A stretch of DNA of 63,989 nucleotides, counting the filler, from Octopus bimaculoides (Eukaryota), in NCBI RefSeq assembly GCF_001194135.2. It is 5 parts of 5 records of this genome, joined end to end, with 100 filler letters (N's around TTAATTAATTAA, not from the genome) between each part and the next. Parts side by side here need not be neighbours in the genome. Positions count along the whole stretch, not along the records: positions 36,395 to 57,279 come from NC_068981.1; positions 57,380 to 62,847 come from NC_068987.1; positions 62,948 to 63,989 come from NC_068985.1; 2 more parts are not named here. One strand, given 5' to 3'. This document shows, piece by piece, positions 52,871 through 63,764 of this stretch (positions are counted from its first letter, which is position 1; every line of letters starts with the position of its first letter). The notes under the pieces are model-generated. The model did no database searches. It was not told the origin of the DNA and worked only from the letters and a program-made list of their open reading frames with translations. The position numbers and the translations under genes were made by a program.

Positions 52871-55253
52871 GTTACTTATTTTACCCCAATATTAAAAATT
52901 TGTTTCCAACTGTCTTATGTGATGTGCATAAATAAGAAAATTATGGAATACCAGGCACTGGCTCTCATGGCATTTTATCTTAACTGATTGAAAGTGTTAT
53001 CATGTACATTGTTTTGTCTTGGTATAAAAAGATAGACTACAGTAAACATTCTGCTCAATACCACAGATTTGTTTGTCAGTTGTTTAATCTTAAGCAGAAG
53101 AGCATGCCACTTCGTGGCTGACTATATGTCCATCTCTGGTCACGAGCAGAAGTAGCGGGGGAACATCATAACTATGTGATAAGAGGGATTCTTTGACGTT
53201 TGAATTATTCATCTCTAGAAACATGGGTGTTACATTCAACATCCTTAAGCACACTTATTCACGGATATTTCGAGTGAGATGGGCTACTCGACCTGAAGAA
53301 AATGTTGCATATGTCTAGCGTACCATTATCAGACGGGTAGTCATAATTATTATATTGGCCTTCATATATTTTTTACCCCAGTGTCACTTTGGATGGCATG
53401 CGCTGCTCTCTCACTCAACAACGTGATTTGTTTATGTACAGTCATAAAACAAGCAGGCATTTAATTTGTAATTACCTTCAAAGGTAATAAAAAACAAATT
53501 CATCAGTTGTAACTGCAATTAATAATGTGCTTTGTGAGTGAAGTTACATTTTACATACCGTTATGTTTTGTGTGGGTCCAATGAAATTACGTTGTGAGAC
53601 TGTTTTACAATCTGCAGATCGTATATTGTGTGATTCATTTGAATGCGTCTTGACTGTCCTTGCTCCCGAGTGAGTAGAGAGCTTTTCAGTTTCTGTACTT
53701 TTCTATTCTTCCCTTCGCTACTGGTCTCGGGGAGGGATTTCGTGAAATCTTCTAGCCATTGTTATTAATCTAACATAAGTATATTGTCAGACTTAACAGC
53801 ATTCTACTCATCATCAGCAGTTAACTGAACAATATGAGGTTTATTATATGGTTATAGAGTTCCTTAGTCATCAGGTTGAAGTGGAAGAATCACTGCGAAA
53901 TGGCTGATGCGTATTCGAATATTAATCAACGCTGATTAATAAAGTGAGAACATTATGTGGTCAATATTTCCAGAAAGTTTTTTGCATACACTGCAGGTGG
54001 CGTCAACTGCTTGTTTCCCTCGCGTACACTAATTCACTTCTCTTATGCCATCAATTCGCCTGAATACATGCTACCCGTCAGAATATTCTGTATAATTTAT
54101 CACAATAATTATGGAAAATTAATAAAGACACATTTGGTTACTATTAATTATTAAATATCGCTTCTCACATTGATAATAAAGAAAATCGATATTGAATTAA
54201 TTTTAGCAGACAATATGAATTACAATTCTAATGTCCGTACATCCACGCATTGTGTTTATATCTTGCGTTGTCAATAAAATACAAAATAATGATCAACTAT
54301 ATTCGAATTCATGGATTAATTTACAATTATTGGCCATCTTTCTGATCAAAAGGTATCACTATCTGTGAGGTTTAACACAACAATCTAAACAAATACCAAT
54401 TACTTGTTTGATAATGTGTTATCCTTATTAAAAAGGATGTCAGACGCCACTTAAAACATTAGTCTGTAAAATCAGGAAGTCCATGGTTCTTCTAAATAGT
54501 AATTTTTGAATGAGAAAAATCTATTTTTGTTTGGTTTTAACTCCGAGTCTAATTTAGTCAAATCGACGCATGCACAGACGCCATTCTGTCATAGATTGTG
54601 TGTGTTATTGCGCATCTAGGGAATGATGATGCTATATGCTATAGCGGAAATGCCTGGATATTTCTCTGCTATTTCTTGTATATACTGAGTCAATTTTTCA
54701 GATTTCCTTTAATTTAGGTATTCTATCTTCTATGATATCGCACTGATATTATTTCAAAATATGAACTATATGGTATAATATTCCTATAGCCGCTACGGAA
54801 TAGTTTCAAATAACCAAAGTTGACAATTTTTTAAAATTTAACCTTAAAGCCAACCTAAATAAAAATGATAAAGCTGTGCTTGATATAGATCTATATACAT
54901 TGCAGAACAAATTAGTAATCGTGGTGCATAATGCATCTAAAATTTGTACGGTATAAATTTTGTCTACTTGTATGATGTAGTTATAGCAAATACAAAATAT
55001 CTTCAAGCGTTATTTTCAACTTTTAATTAACCGTTATAATCTGTATCACAACAGATTGTAAAGAAAAAATGTGATGTAGATGAGTCATATTTTCCAGTAA
55101 TAAATATGTGTGGTACATAGATCTCATGGATTTCAATTATATATATATATATATCATCTTATATAGTTAAATTAACAGATAGTACATAAACACACACATA
55201 CATACACATATACACATTGCTATAAGTGTGTGTCTGTGTGTGTGTGTGTGTGT

Positions 55254-55336
<83 letters not shown>

Positions 55337-55374
55337 GACAATTAAGAAAATAGAGATATACAAGTAATATAATT

Positions 55375-55722
55375 TATTATCTGCAAAAATCTAACATATT
55401 CACATACAGCTATTTCAGTTAAGCCTAAAAGTTTAAATAGCAATACTTAAACCATAATTTTAAGCCAAAATCTCATCAGAGAGGTAGAAAAGGTATACCG
55501 TTTGGTTATTAGGTGTTGTGCTTTCGAATTATCACATCAAACTGAATATTATATATTGATAATATTGATATAAACCTGGATGAGGGGGGCATAAGTTGTT
55601 TAGTTTATCCATTACCTACTCAAACGACGTATTTCCCTCTCCCCGAGGTTTATACCAATATTAGCAATAAATAATATTCAGCCTGCTGTGATGATTCGAA
55701 AGCACAACACACACAAACACAT

Positions 55723-55754
<32 letters not shown>

Positions 55755-56833
55755 NNNNNNNNNNNNNNNNNNNNNNNNNNNNNNNNNNNNNNNNNNNNNN
55801 NNNNNNNNNNNNNNACGTACATAGACAATTACAGACACGGATACAAGCACACACACACACACACTCAAGCACACTCACATACGCACGTATATACTCATGA
55901 TCCTCCGCAAATATGGTAAAGTAAGATCCATAGAGTGTTGAGTTGAAAACAGGGTAGTTTGCATTGAGATGCATTAATCATGTTTTCTATAGAAGAGAAA
56001 ATGGTATTTTGTTACCATTTTCGGAAATTTCTTTCTAAAATAAAATCCCATTCAAGATATATATGTGTTCCTGCGCGCGCGTGTGTATATGTGCATGTTT
56101 TTGTGTGCGTGTTGTATTGATCTAGTGTATGGAATTTTCCTACGATGTGTGAGGAAATCTATGTGAAAACTGAGTATTTCCGTATACAACGATCAAAACC
56201 TGAATTGAATCACGTTCAAAGAAAGTAAATATTTTACTTTCGTTTTCTCAGATAAGGATATGGTGATACTGAGAACAGGGATCGTACTTTGAAGTGCATG
56301 GTTCTTCTGAAAATTACCTGAAATGACAACGAAAATTTATCACTGAAATTACAGATGCAATAAGACACGGTTGTTTTCAATTCTGTTGGTAAATCGAGAT
56401 TTGATTCGAGGTGATAGTCTATGTCATAGCAAGTGTATACATTGAGAAACAAGGCAGACCATGATCTACACATATTTTTTTATAAATGGAATTCTCTTGT
56501 CACTGACTTAGTGAATACATCAAAATATTTCCTTAAATAGGTTTGAGAATATCATTGCTAATATTGGTATAAACCTCGGGGAGAGGGAAATACGTCGTTT
56601 GAGTAGGAAATGGATAAACTAAACAACTTATGCCCCCCTCATCCAGGTTTATATCAATATTATCAANNNNNNNNNNNNNNNNNNNNNNNNNNNNNNNNNN
56701 NNNNNNNNNNNNNACCTTTTCTACCTCTCTGATGAGATTTTGGCTTAAAATTATGGTTTAAGTATTGCTATTTAAACTTTTAGGCTTAACTGAAATAGCT
56801 GTATGTGAATATGTTAGATTTTTGCAGATAATA
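55375..56833. repeat. ~290-bp near-perfect inverted repeat (55375-55668 and 56554-56833), 885-bp spacer
   Basis: Direct reverse-complement match; one visible mismatch; part of the right arm lies in N gap 56667-56713. Confidence 0.9.
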
Positions 56834-57225
56834 TCATTCATTTTAAAGGACAATGCCTAGAATGTCGTTTAGAGAGGAGACAATATCAGCAGTAGTGCAA
56901 GGAAGTCTGAAGTAAATGGCCATACTTTTTGTCAATTAATATTATTGCATCTTAAGGAGGAGAGCGGGAGATCGTTGGCATGCCGGGGAAAATGCTTTGC
57001 GGCATGACATCAGTCTATGTGTTCTGAGCTCAAATTGTCTTTCATCTTTCGGGGTTGATGAAATAAATACCAGTTGTGCACTGCGGTGAATATAATCAAA
57101 TTACATTTCCCCCCAAAATACTGATGTTGCGAAACAATTTGAAACCAATATTATTGTATTCTGAGCTGGGGGACGGTTGACATTGACATGAAAATCATGT
57201 ATGCATGCACACACACACATACACA

Positions 57226-57279
<54 letters not shown>

Positions 57280-57379
57280 NNNNNNNNNNNNNNNNNNNNN
57301 NNNNNNNNNNNNNNNNNNNNNNNTTAATTAATTAANNNNNNNNNNNNNNNNNNNNNNNNNNNNNNNNNNNNNNNNNNNN
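57280..57379. other. Artificial scaffold join N44-TTAATTAATTAA-N44
   Basis: Same structure; linker at 57324-57335. Confidence 0.97.
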
Positions 57380-57394
57380 TCTGCAGAAGTCTAT

Positions 57395-57443
<49 letters not shown>

Positions 57444-57828
57444 GCTTCTTCAGTTTGTCTACCAAATCCAGTTACTAGGCTTTAGTTAGCCTGGGACTAT
57501 AGTGGAAGACATCTGCTGAAGGTGGACCTGAACCTGAAACCATGTGGTTGGGGAGAAAACTTCTTAACCACACACCCAAGCCTGCACACATTAAAAAGAA
57601 TGACAAATGAATGCAATAAGTGATGAGATATTGTGTGTTGGGAAGGATCCAGCTAACCCATGCAAGCATAGAAAAAGCAGATGTAAAACGATTATGGTTA
57701 TAACGAAATTAATTAACCCTATAATTAAATCCAGTTGATTAAAATAAATCTGTTTCATGAATTATTTCCTTGATATTTTCTCTTAATATTTTCTAATTTT
57801 GGAGTTGTTTTCTTTTACTATTTTTCAG

Positions 57829-57922
57829 AGCAACATGGGTAGCAATGATCCCCTATTAAACATGAAGGACTGTACAATTGATCATCGGCACCAAGTTTTA
57901 CTTAAAGGTTACTCTTTACCAG
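57829..57922 (+). CDS. MED25: MED25 internal exon, end of the VWA domain (SNMGSNDPLLNMKDCTIDHRHQVLLKGYSLP)
   Basis: Polypyrimidine acceptor ttttactatttttcAG and donor CCAG|GTAACT; 94 nt, phase 0 to 1. DHRHQVLLKGYSLP matches the recalled MED25 VWA C-terminal motif (human DPRHMVLVRGLVLP). Confidence 0.82.
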
Positions 57923-58189
57923 GTAACTACTGTTACATATTTTTTGTCAAGTGTGAGTAAGTTGGTTTATAAGTGGTTAAAATTAATCACAATATGACAA
58001 TATTAAGTGGAAATTTACTACAGAGTGTGTGGACAGTTGGAGAAATCTTCAGATCCTGTCGAGCAAGTGTTTTGGCCTGTTAGTTCCTGACATTCTAAAG
58101 GACCTGGGCCCACCTAGATCACGACTCCTAGGCTGTCCTGTTGTTTTTGAAATATCACCTTTAGTATAGATTGATGATGATAATAATAA

Positions 58190-58732
58190 CACTATGGAAT
58201 AACAGCAGAAAAAAGATGGTATAGGCACATGCCAGAAAAGGTCATAGAAAATGAGAAAGCAACCATACTATGGGATATGCCAATACACACAGATAGAGAA
58301 ATTAAGACCAATAAGCCAGATATAGTTGTCAGATAATCAAGGCAAAAAAATGCTTTCTAATTGATATATCAATACCAACAGATGACAATGTTTCTGTAAA
58401 AGAAATGGAGAAACTTGTGAGATTCAAAGACCTGGAAATAGAGGTAACTCAAATGTGGAGTCTAAATTCCTCTCATAGTAGACGTATTAGGTATGACAAG
58501 AAAAAAATATTCAGTCAAATACATAACAAAAACACCAGGACTAACAAGTACATCAACATCCAAAAAAATAGCACTACTAGGCACTGCACACATCCTACGT
58601 AAAGCACTTTCAGTACAGTAAACATGAGAGCTTACAACAAACCACAGCACATACCCAAGGCACACAGAGCTGCGCTTGGTAGTGCAGTGGAAGCATGTAA
58701 AAAAAAAATAAGACTTCTGAATAATAATAATA
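58190..58732 (+). mobile_element. Dong/R4 LINE 3' end (RLE domain plus 3' UTR) inside a MED25 intron
   Basis: KKCFLIDISIPTDDNVSVKEMEKLVRFKDLEIEVTQMW...IALLGTAHILRKALSVQ*; (TAA)n on both sides. Confidence 0.88.
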
Positions 58733-58818
58733 GTAAATGCTGTTGAATTTCTTTATGTAATGTATGTATAAATGTACTATTGATATATACAATTCGTTTT
58801 AAAATCATTCTTTTCAAG

Positions 58819-58884
58819 AACGGTCAAACAGTCCAAGCTTAGAAGAAGAGCGGCAGATTATCGACATGCTACGAATGAAACTTT
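58819..58884 (+). CDS. MED25: MED25 internal exon (ERSNSPSLEEERQIIDMLRMKL)
   Basis: Acceptor cattcttttcaAG, donor CTTT|GTGAGT; 66 nt, phase 1 to 1, in frame with the previous exon. The join gives GYSLPERSNSP, similar to recalled arthropod MED25 GYSLKERPxSP. Confidence 0.72.
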
Positions 58885-59001
58885 GTGAGTTGCTTATAAC
58901 TTTTATACTCATATCAAGTTAATACAGTTTCTATATTTAAGAGATGAGGAATTATGTACATTATTTACATTTGACAGATATTTGTCCTCATCTTTGTTGT
59001 T

Positions 59002-59047
59002 AACACAACATTTCGCCTGGTATAACCTCCAGCCTTCATCAGGTGTC
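59002..59047 (-). ncRNA. Minimal type I hammerhead ribozyme motif, inverted partner copy
   Basis: Minus strand GACAC-CTGATGA-A-GGCTG(GAGGTTATAC)CAGGC-GAAA-TG-TT^GTGTT; one stem II mismatch. Confidence 0.62.
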
Positions 59048-59342
59048 TTGGAGAAATTTTTGAACCTGGGTTCTCATTCCTAAGGTATTTTTCAATGTTG
59101 TTGTCGTCGTCGCCATTATTATTATTCAGGTCACTGCCTGGAATCGAACTCGGAATCTTGGGGTTAGCCTGCGCTCTTAGCTGCTACACCACGGGCATAT
59201 GGTGTAGTGGTTAAGAGCACGGGCTTCTAACCCTAAGATTCCAAGTTTGATTCCAGGCAGTGACCTGAATTATAATAATAATAATAATAATAATATCGAA
59301 AAATACCCTAGGAATAAGAACCCAGGTTCAGAATTTCCTCAA

Positions 59343-59388
59343 GACACCTGATGAAGGCTGGAGGGTATATCAACCGAAATGTCGTGTT
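59343..59388 (+). ncRNA. Minimal type I hammerhead ribozyme motif (one stem II mismatch)
   Basis: GACAC-CTGATGA-A-GGCTG(GAGGGTATAT)CAACC-GAAA-TG-TC^GTGTT: stem I GACAC/GTGTT, intact CUGAUGA and GAAA boxes, GUC cleavage triplet. Confidence 0.7.
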
Positions 59389-59642
59389 AACAACATACAT
59401 GGGGACAGATATCTGTCAAATGTAAATAATGTTCATATCAAGTTATTTGTGAATTATTGTTGATTATTGTTTTATTTGTTCTGGATTTGGGTCTTGGTTC
59501 TGTTGATGGTTGGTATTGCTTGCCCTGATGCTCCATTCTATCTTTCATCTCTTACTAGTTTTAGCCATTAGACTGTGACTATGCCAGGGCAGCATTTAAC
59601 CTCTTAACATACACATTTCCATGCAGAAAATGTATTTTTCTA

Positions 59643-60011
59643 TTATTACCTCCACCTTAGCAAACACAGAGGTATTGTTTTCAGTTATGTTTGTTTGTTT
59701 GTCGGTGGACAAGATATCTCAAGAACTGCTGGATGGATTCAGATGAAACTTTCAGAGGTGTTTGGCCTCGTGACTAGCACAAACTGATTAGATTTTGTGA
59801 TCAATTGGGTACCGGACAAGGACTCTGGATTACTTTTCCTGTTTGTTTACTTAATTTTTGAAAGCGGTTGGGTTCATTTTCAGTATTCTCGTTTGTGGGA
59901 ACTGTTGAATTTATTTCAGATATTCTCATTTTAAAAATCATCTCTGGCTAATCATTGAGAGGATGTTGGTGTTGCCTTGGTGGAGGTTTGCATTCTCTGT
60001 GTACTCTTGTT
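59643..60011 (+). mobile_element. Non-autonomous Helentron-like (HINE/DINE-1-type) element in a MED25 intron
   Basis: ttattacctccacc 5' end, (tttg)n microsatellite, subterminal inverted ggtggaggt, 3' end ...cttgtt. Confidence 0.6.
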
Positions 60012-60861
60012 TATTTTGAATTTGTGTATAAGGAAGAATAAGTACACAAATTATTTTGGATCAGTTATGAATTATTATCAAGTTACCGTCAGAAATGATA
60101 GTTACTGATAGCTAATGATAGAAAACGGAAATAACATCATTCTGAGTTCAAATTCCGCTGAGGTCGACTTTGCCTTTCGTCCTTTCAGGGACGACAAATT
60201 AAGTATCAGTTGCATACTGAGGTTGATCTGATTGACTGGCTCCCTCCCCAAAATTTCAGGCCTTGTGTTGGGTGCATGTAAAAAGCACCCACTACACTCT
60301 CGGAGTGATTGCCATTAGGAAGGGCATCCAGCTGTAGAAACATTGCCAGATCGGATTGGAGCCTGGTGCAGCCTTCTGGCTTGCTAGGCCTCAGACAAAC
60401 TGTCCAACCCATGTCAGCATTGAAGGCGGACGTTAAACGATTCTGAGTTCAAATTCTGCCAAGGTTGACTTTGCTTTTCATCCTTTTGGGGTTAATAAAT
60501 TACGTACCAGTTGAACACTGGGGTTGATGTAATCAACTCCTCCCTTCCCCCAAAATTGCTGTCCTTGTGGCAAAATTTGAAATCATCATCNNNNNNNNNN
60601 NNNNNNNNNNNNNNNNNNNNNNNNNNNNNNNNNNNNNNNNNNNNNNNNNNNNNNNNNNNNNNNNNNNNNNNNNNNNNNNNNNNNNNNNNNNNNNNNNNNN
60701 NNNNNNNNNNNNNNNNNNNNNNNNNNNNNNNNNNNNNNNNNNNNNNNNNNNNNNNNNNNNNNNNNNNNNNNNNNNNNNNNNNNNNNNNNNNNNNNNNNNN
60801 NNNNNNNNNNNNNNNNNNNNNNNNNNNNNNNNNNNNNNNNNNNNNNNNNNNNNNNNNNNNN

Positions 60862-61080
60862 AAAGGCGTTCCTGGCATTAGTCCCCGCGGAGCAGCTGGA
60901 ACAACTGGTCCGCAAATGCCCATGACCCCACCACAAGTCATGCAGCAGCCCAACATGTCTCCGCAGAACATGCCCCAAGTAGCAGCTCAGCAACCCCCAC
61001 CGCCCCCGGGTCATCCTATGATGTCACAGGTTATATCACAGCAACAAATGCCGAATGCAGTCCCCACACGTGTCATGCCT
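60862..61080 (+). CDS. MED25: MED25 Pro/Gln/Met-rich linker exon; 5' end hidden in N gap 60591-60861
   Basis: 73 open codons (KGVPGISPRGAAGTTGPQMPMTPPQVMQQPNMSPQ...PTRVMP), not microsatellite-derived, ending at donor CCT|GTGAGT. Assignment to MED25 rests on position, strand and composition. Confidence 0.72.
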
Positions 61081-61136
61081 GTGAGTAGAATGTTTTTCAT
61101 TTTCGTTCTTTTCAATTTTTTTTTTTTTTAAATATG

Positions 61137-61290
61137 AGGTTCAGATGTGGCTGTGTGGTTAAGAAGTTTGCTTACCGACCACATGTTCAGTCCTACTGCA
61201 TGGTATCTTGGGCTAGTGTCTTTTATTATAGCCACTGACCAACCAGAGCCTTGTGACTGGATATGATAAATGGAAACTAAAAGAAACCCA
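61137..61290 (+). mobile_element. SINE family 1, 5' half
   Basis: gtggctgtgtggttaagaag...atcttgggctagtgtc...gaaactaaaagaaaccc. Confidence 0.8.
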
Positions 61291-61312
61291 TCTAATCTCT
61301 GTGTGTGTGTAT

Positions 61313-61469
61313 TCTTTTACTTGTTTCAGTCATTTGACTGGCCATGCTGGAGCACTGCCTTTAGTCGAACAAGTAGAAGACACTTGTCCAAGGTGACATG
61401 CAGTTGGACTGAACCTGGAACCATGTGGTTGGTAAGCAAGCTACTGACCACACAGCCATGTCTGTGCCT
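61313..61469 (-). mobile_element. SINE family 1, internally deleted copy
   Basis: The 3' end (tttcagtcatttgactggccatgctggagc) is joined directly to the 5' part (gaacctggaaccatgtggttggtaagc). Confidence 0.8.
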
Positions 61470-61474
61470 ATATA

Positions 61475-61865
61475 TCATCATCCTCATCATTTAATGTCCG
61501 CTTTCCATGCTAGCATGGGTTGGACAATTTGACCGAGGACTGGCGAACCAGATGGCTGCACCAGGCTCCAATCTGATTTGGCAGAGTTTCTAAAGCTGGA
61601 TGCCCTTCCTAACGCCAACCACTCCAAGAGTGTAGTGGGTGCTTTTACGTACCATCGGCACGAAGGCCAATCAGGCAGTACTGGCAACGGCCTCGCTCAA
61701 AATGGTGTATTTTACGTGCCACCTGCACAGTCCAGCGGCACTGGCAACAATCTTGCTCAGATGACTTTTCACGTGCCACCGGCATAAGTGCCAGGAAGGC
61801 GATACTGGTAACGATCACGCTCGAACGGTGTTCTTAGCGCTCCACTGGTACAGGTGCCATCACGG
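61475..61865 (-). mobile_element. RTE-type 3' tail repeat with internal tandem subrepeats and (TGA)n tail; related pieces at 14150-14205, 15295-15345, 15810-15990, 57630-57690 and 60270-60440
   Basis: Shared string catcatcatttaa(c/t)gtccg.tttccatgct.gcatgggttggac in all copies; repeated ttttacgtgccacc units. Confidence 0.7.
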
Positions 61866-62051
61866 GAGGCATTAATTACCCAAAAGGGCAGCCATATTGA
61901 GTGATAAATGTTTTTGTTGTGATGAATGTTACATTAAAATTATAATCTGTTTACTACCATTATTTTAGTATTTATAATTAGTTTTATGCATCATAAAAAT
62001 TGCCTCAATTTATCTACAAAAATCTGATCATTTTTTTATATTTTTTTTCAG

Positions 62052-62073
62052 AATGAAGATCCTAGTATTATTG
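62052..62073 (+). CDS. MED25: 22-nt microexon (NEDPSII + 1 nt), probably MED25
   Basis: Long T tract then cAG acceptor, donor ATTG|GTGAGT; phase 0 start matches the phase 0 end of the 60862-61080 exon. Confidence 0.6.
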
Positions 62074-62136
62074 GTGAGTAACAATATTTATCTAAGAACA
62101 ATCATTTCAGATTTTCCTTTCTTTCTTTCTTTTTTT

Positions 62137-62536
62137 CTTTTACTAGTTTCAGTCATTTGACTGCGGCCATGCTGGAGCACCGCCTTTAGTCGAGCAAATC
62201 GACCCCAGGACTTATTCTTTGTAAGCCTAGTACTTATGCCATCATCTCTTTTGCCGAACCGCTAAGTTACGGAGACGTAAAGCCATCACCATCGGTTGTC
62301 AAATGATGTTGGGTGGGGCACACACGCACGCACACACACACGCACGCACGCACGCACACGCGCGCGCGCGCACAACCGGCTTCTTTCAGTTTCCGTCTAC
62401 CAAATCCACTCACAGGGCTTTGGTCAGCCCGAGGCGTATAGTTGAAGACACTTACCCAAGATGCTACGTGGTGGGAATGAACCCAGAACCATGTGGTTGG
62501 TTAGCAAGCTACTTACCACACAGCCACTACTGCGCC
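62137..62536 (-). mobile_element. SINE family 1, full-length
   Basis: Reverse complement of the 18936-19330 type along its whole length. Confidence 0.9.
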
Positions 62537-62811
62537 TGTTTGTTTAGAATTATAAAATTATAGGTTATTGTTTTATTGCCACATATAAATTTTACACAAA
62601 CAATTTTATTTTGAAATTAAACACAATACTTCAAGAAAGCATCAGGCGGGCCACAAGATAAAAGCCTGTCGGGTGCATGCGGCCCATGGGCCTCTGGTTG
62701 GCTAGTCCTTGTTTAGACAGTGGGTAAGCTTACTGTTCATTCTAAAGGAACACACTTTTGTTTTGCAACCATGTTTTTATTTTGTTTTATTCTTTTAAAT
62801 ATTTTCCACAC

Positions 62812-62847
<36 letters not shown>

Positions 62848-62947
62848 NNNNNNNNNNNNNNNNNNNNNNNNNNNNNNNNNNNNNNNNNNNNTTAATTAAT
62901 TAANNNNNNNNNNNNNNNNNNNNNNNNNNNNNNNNNNNNNNNNNNNN
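62848..62947. other. Artificial scaffold join N44-TTAATTAATTAA-N44
   Basis: Same structure; linker at 62892-62903. Confidence 0.97.
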
Positions 62948-62976
62948 ATATATATATATACATGTACATACATATG

Positions 62977-63012
<36 letters not shown>

Positions 63013-63764
63013 CATGCATATACACACACACACAGACACACACACGCACACAAGTACACTAATAATGCATGTATTGACTTCATTAATGGACAGAAGTAAA
63101 GTTTACCTTAGGACGCATTCTAAGAGAAATCATGATCTGTCAAAGAAAACGATCGATATAGCGTGCAGTTTTTAATTAACCTTAATTAAATGTGTCTTTA
63201 TTTAGTTCATAAAAAGCTTCAATGCTTGATATTTTGGTTGTGATTCTGTAATTGACTGTAGTCATTTTGGTTCTTGCTAGAAGTTAATTCTGGTTTGTAA
63301 ACCTATCTTTGGCAATCTTGATTCTCATCAATTTTGAATTATTTTTGAAGTTATTTTTATTTCGACTCAAATAGCTTTCTTTTCATTAATAACACATAGG
63401 ATGCTTGTAATAGGCCTTTGTTTACTATAGGCACAAAGCCTGGCATTTGCATTGTATCGAACTCAGTACTTGACTGCTACTTCATCGAACCCGAAAGTAT
63501 GAAAAGCGAAGTCGACTTCGGCGGAATTTGAACACAGAACGTGAAGACGAACGAAATGCCGCTAAGCATTTTGCCCAGCGTGCTAATGGTTTTGCCAGCT
63601 CGCCTCCTATAACAATGGTTTTAAATTTTGGCACAGGGCCAGCAGTTGTTTATAGGAGGAGAAAGTCGATTACATTGACCCCAGTATTTTGACTGGTACT
63701 TATTTTATTGTCAGCCTCGAAATAACGATTCTGCCAGCTCACTACCTTAATAATAATAATAATA

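Larger units (their letters stand above)
58925..59437. mobile_element. Palindromic (head-to-head) element: tRNA-like head, (AAT)n and Penelope-type tail, duplicated in inverted orientation
   Basis: Arms ~58953-59191 and ~59200-59437 are reverse complements around an 8-nt centre. A-box TGGTGTAGTGGTTAA and B-box GAGTTCGATTCC are visible (intact on the left arm). Confidence 0.88.

Noticed and set aside
59200-59265. tRNA-like sequences here and at SINE heads (7603, 14680-14732, 18936, 20930-20971)
   Set aside because: A and B boxes are present, but there is no complete cloverleaf and they continue into repeat bodies; SINE heads, not tRNA genes.
61670-61865. Repeated ttttacgtgccacc units resembling a repeat-spacer array
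   Set aside because: Internal subrepeats of an RTE-type 3' tail in a eukaryote; not CRISPR.
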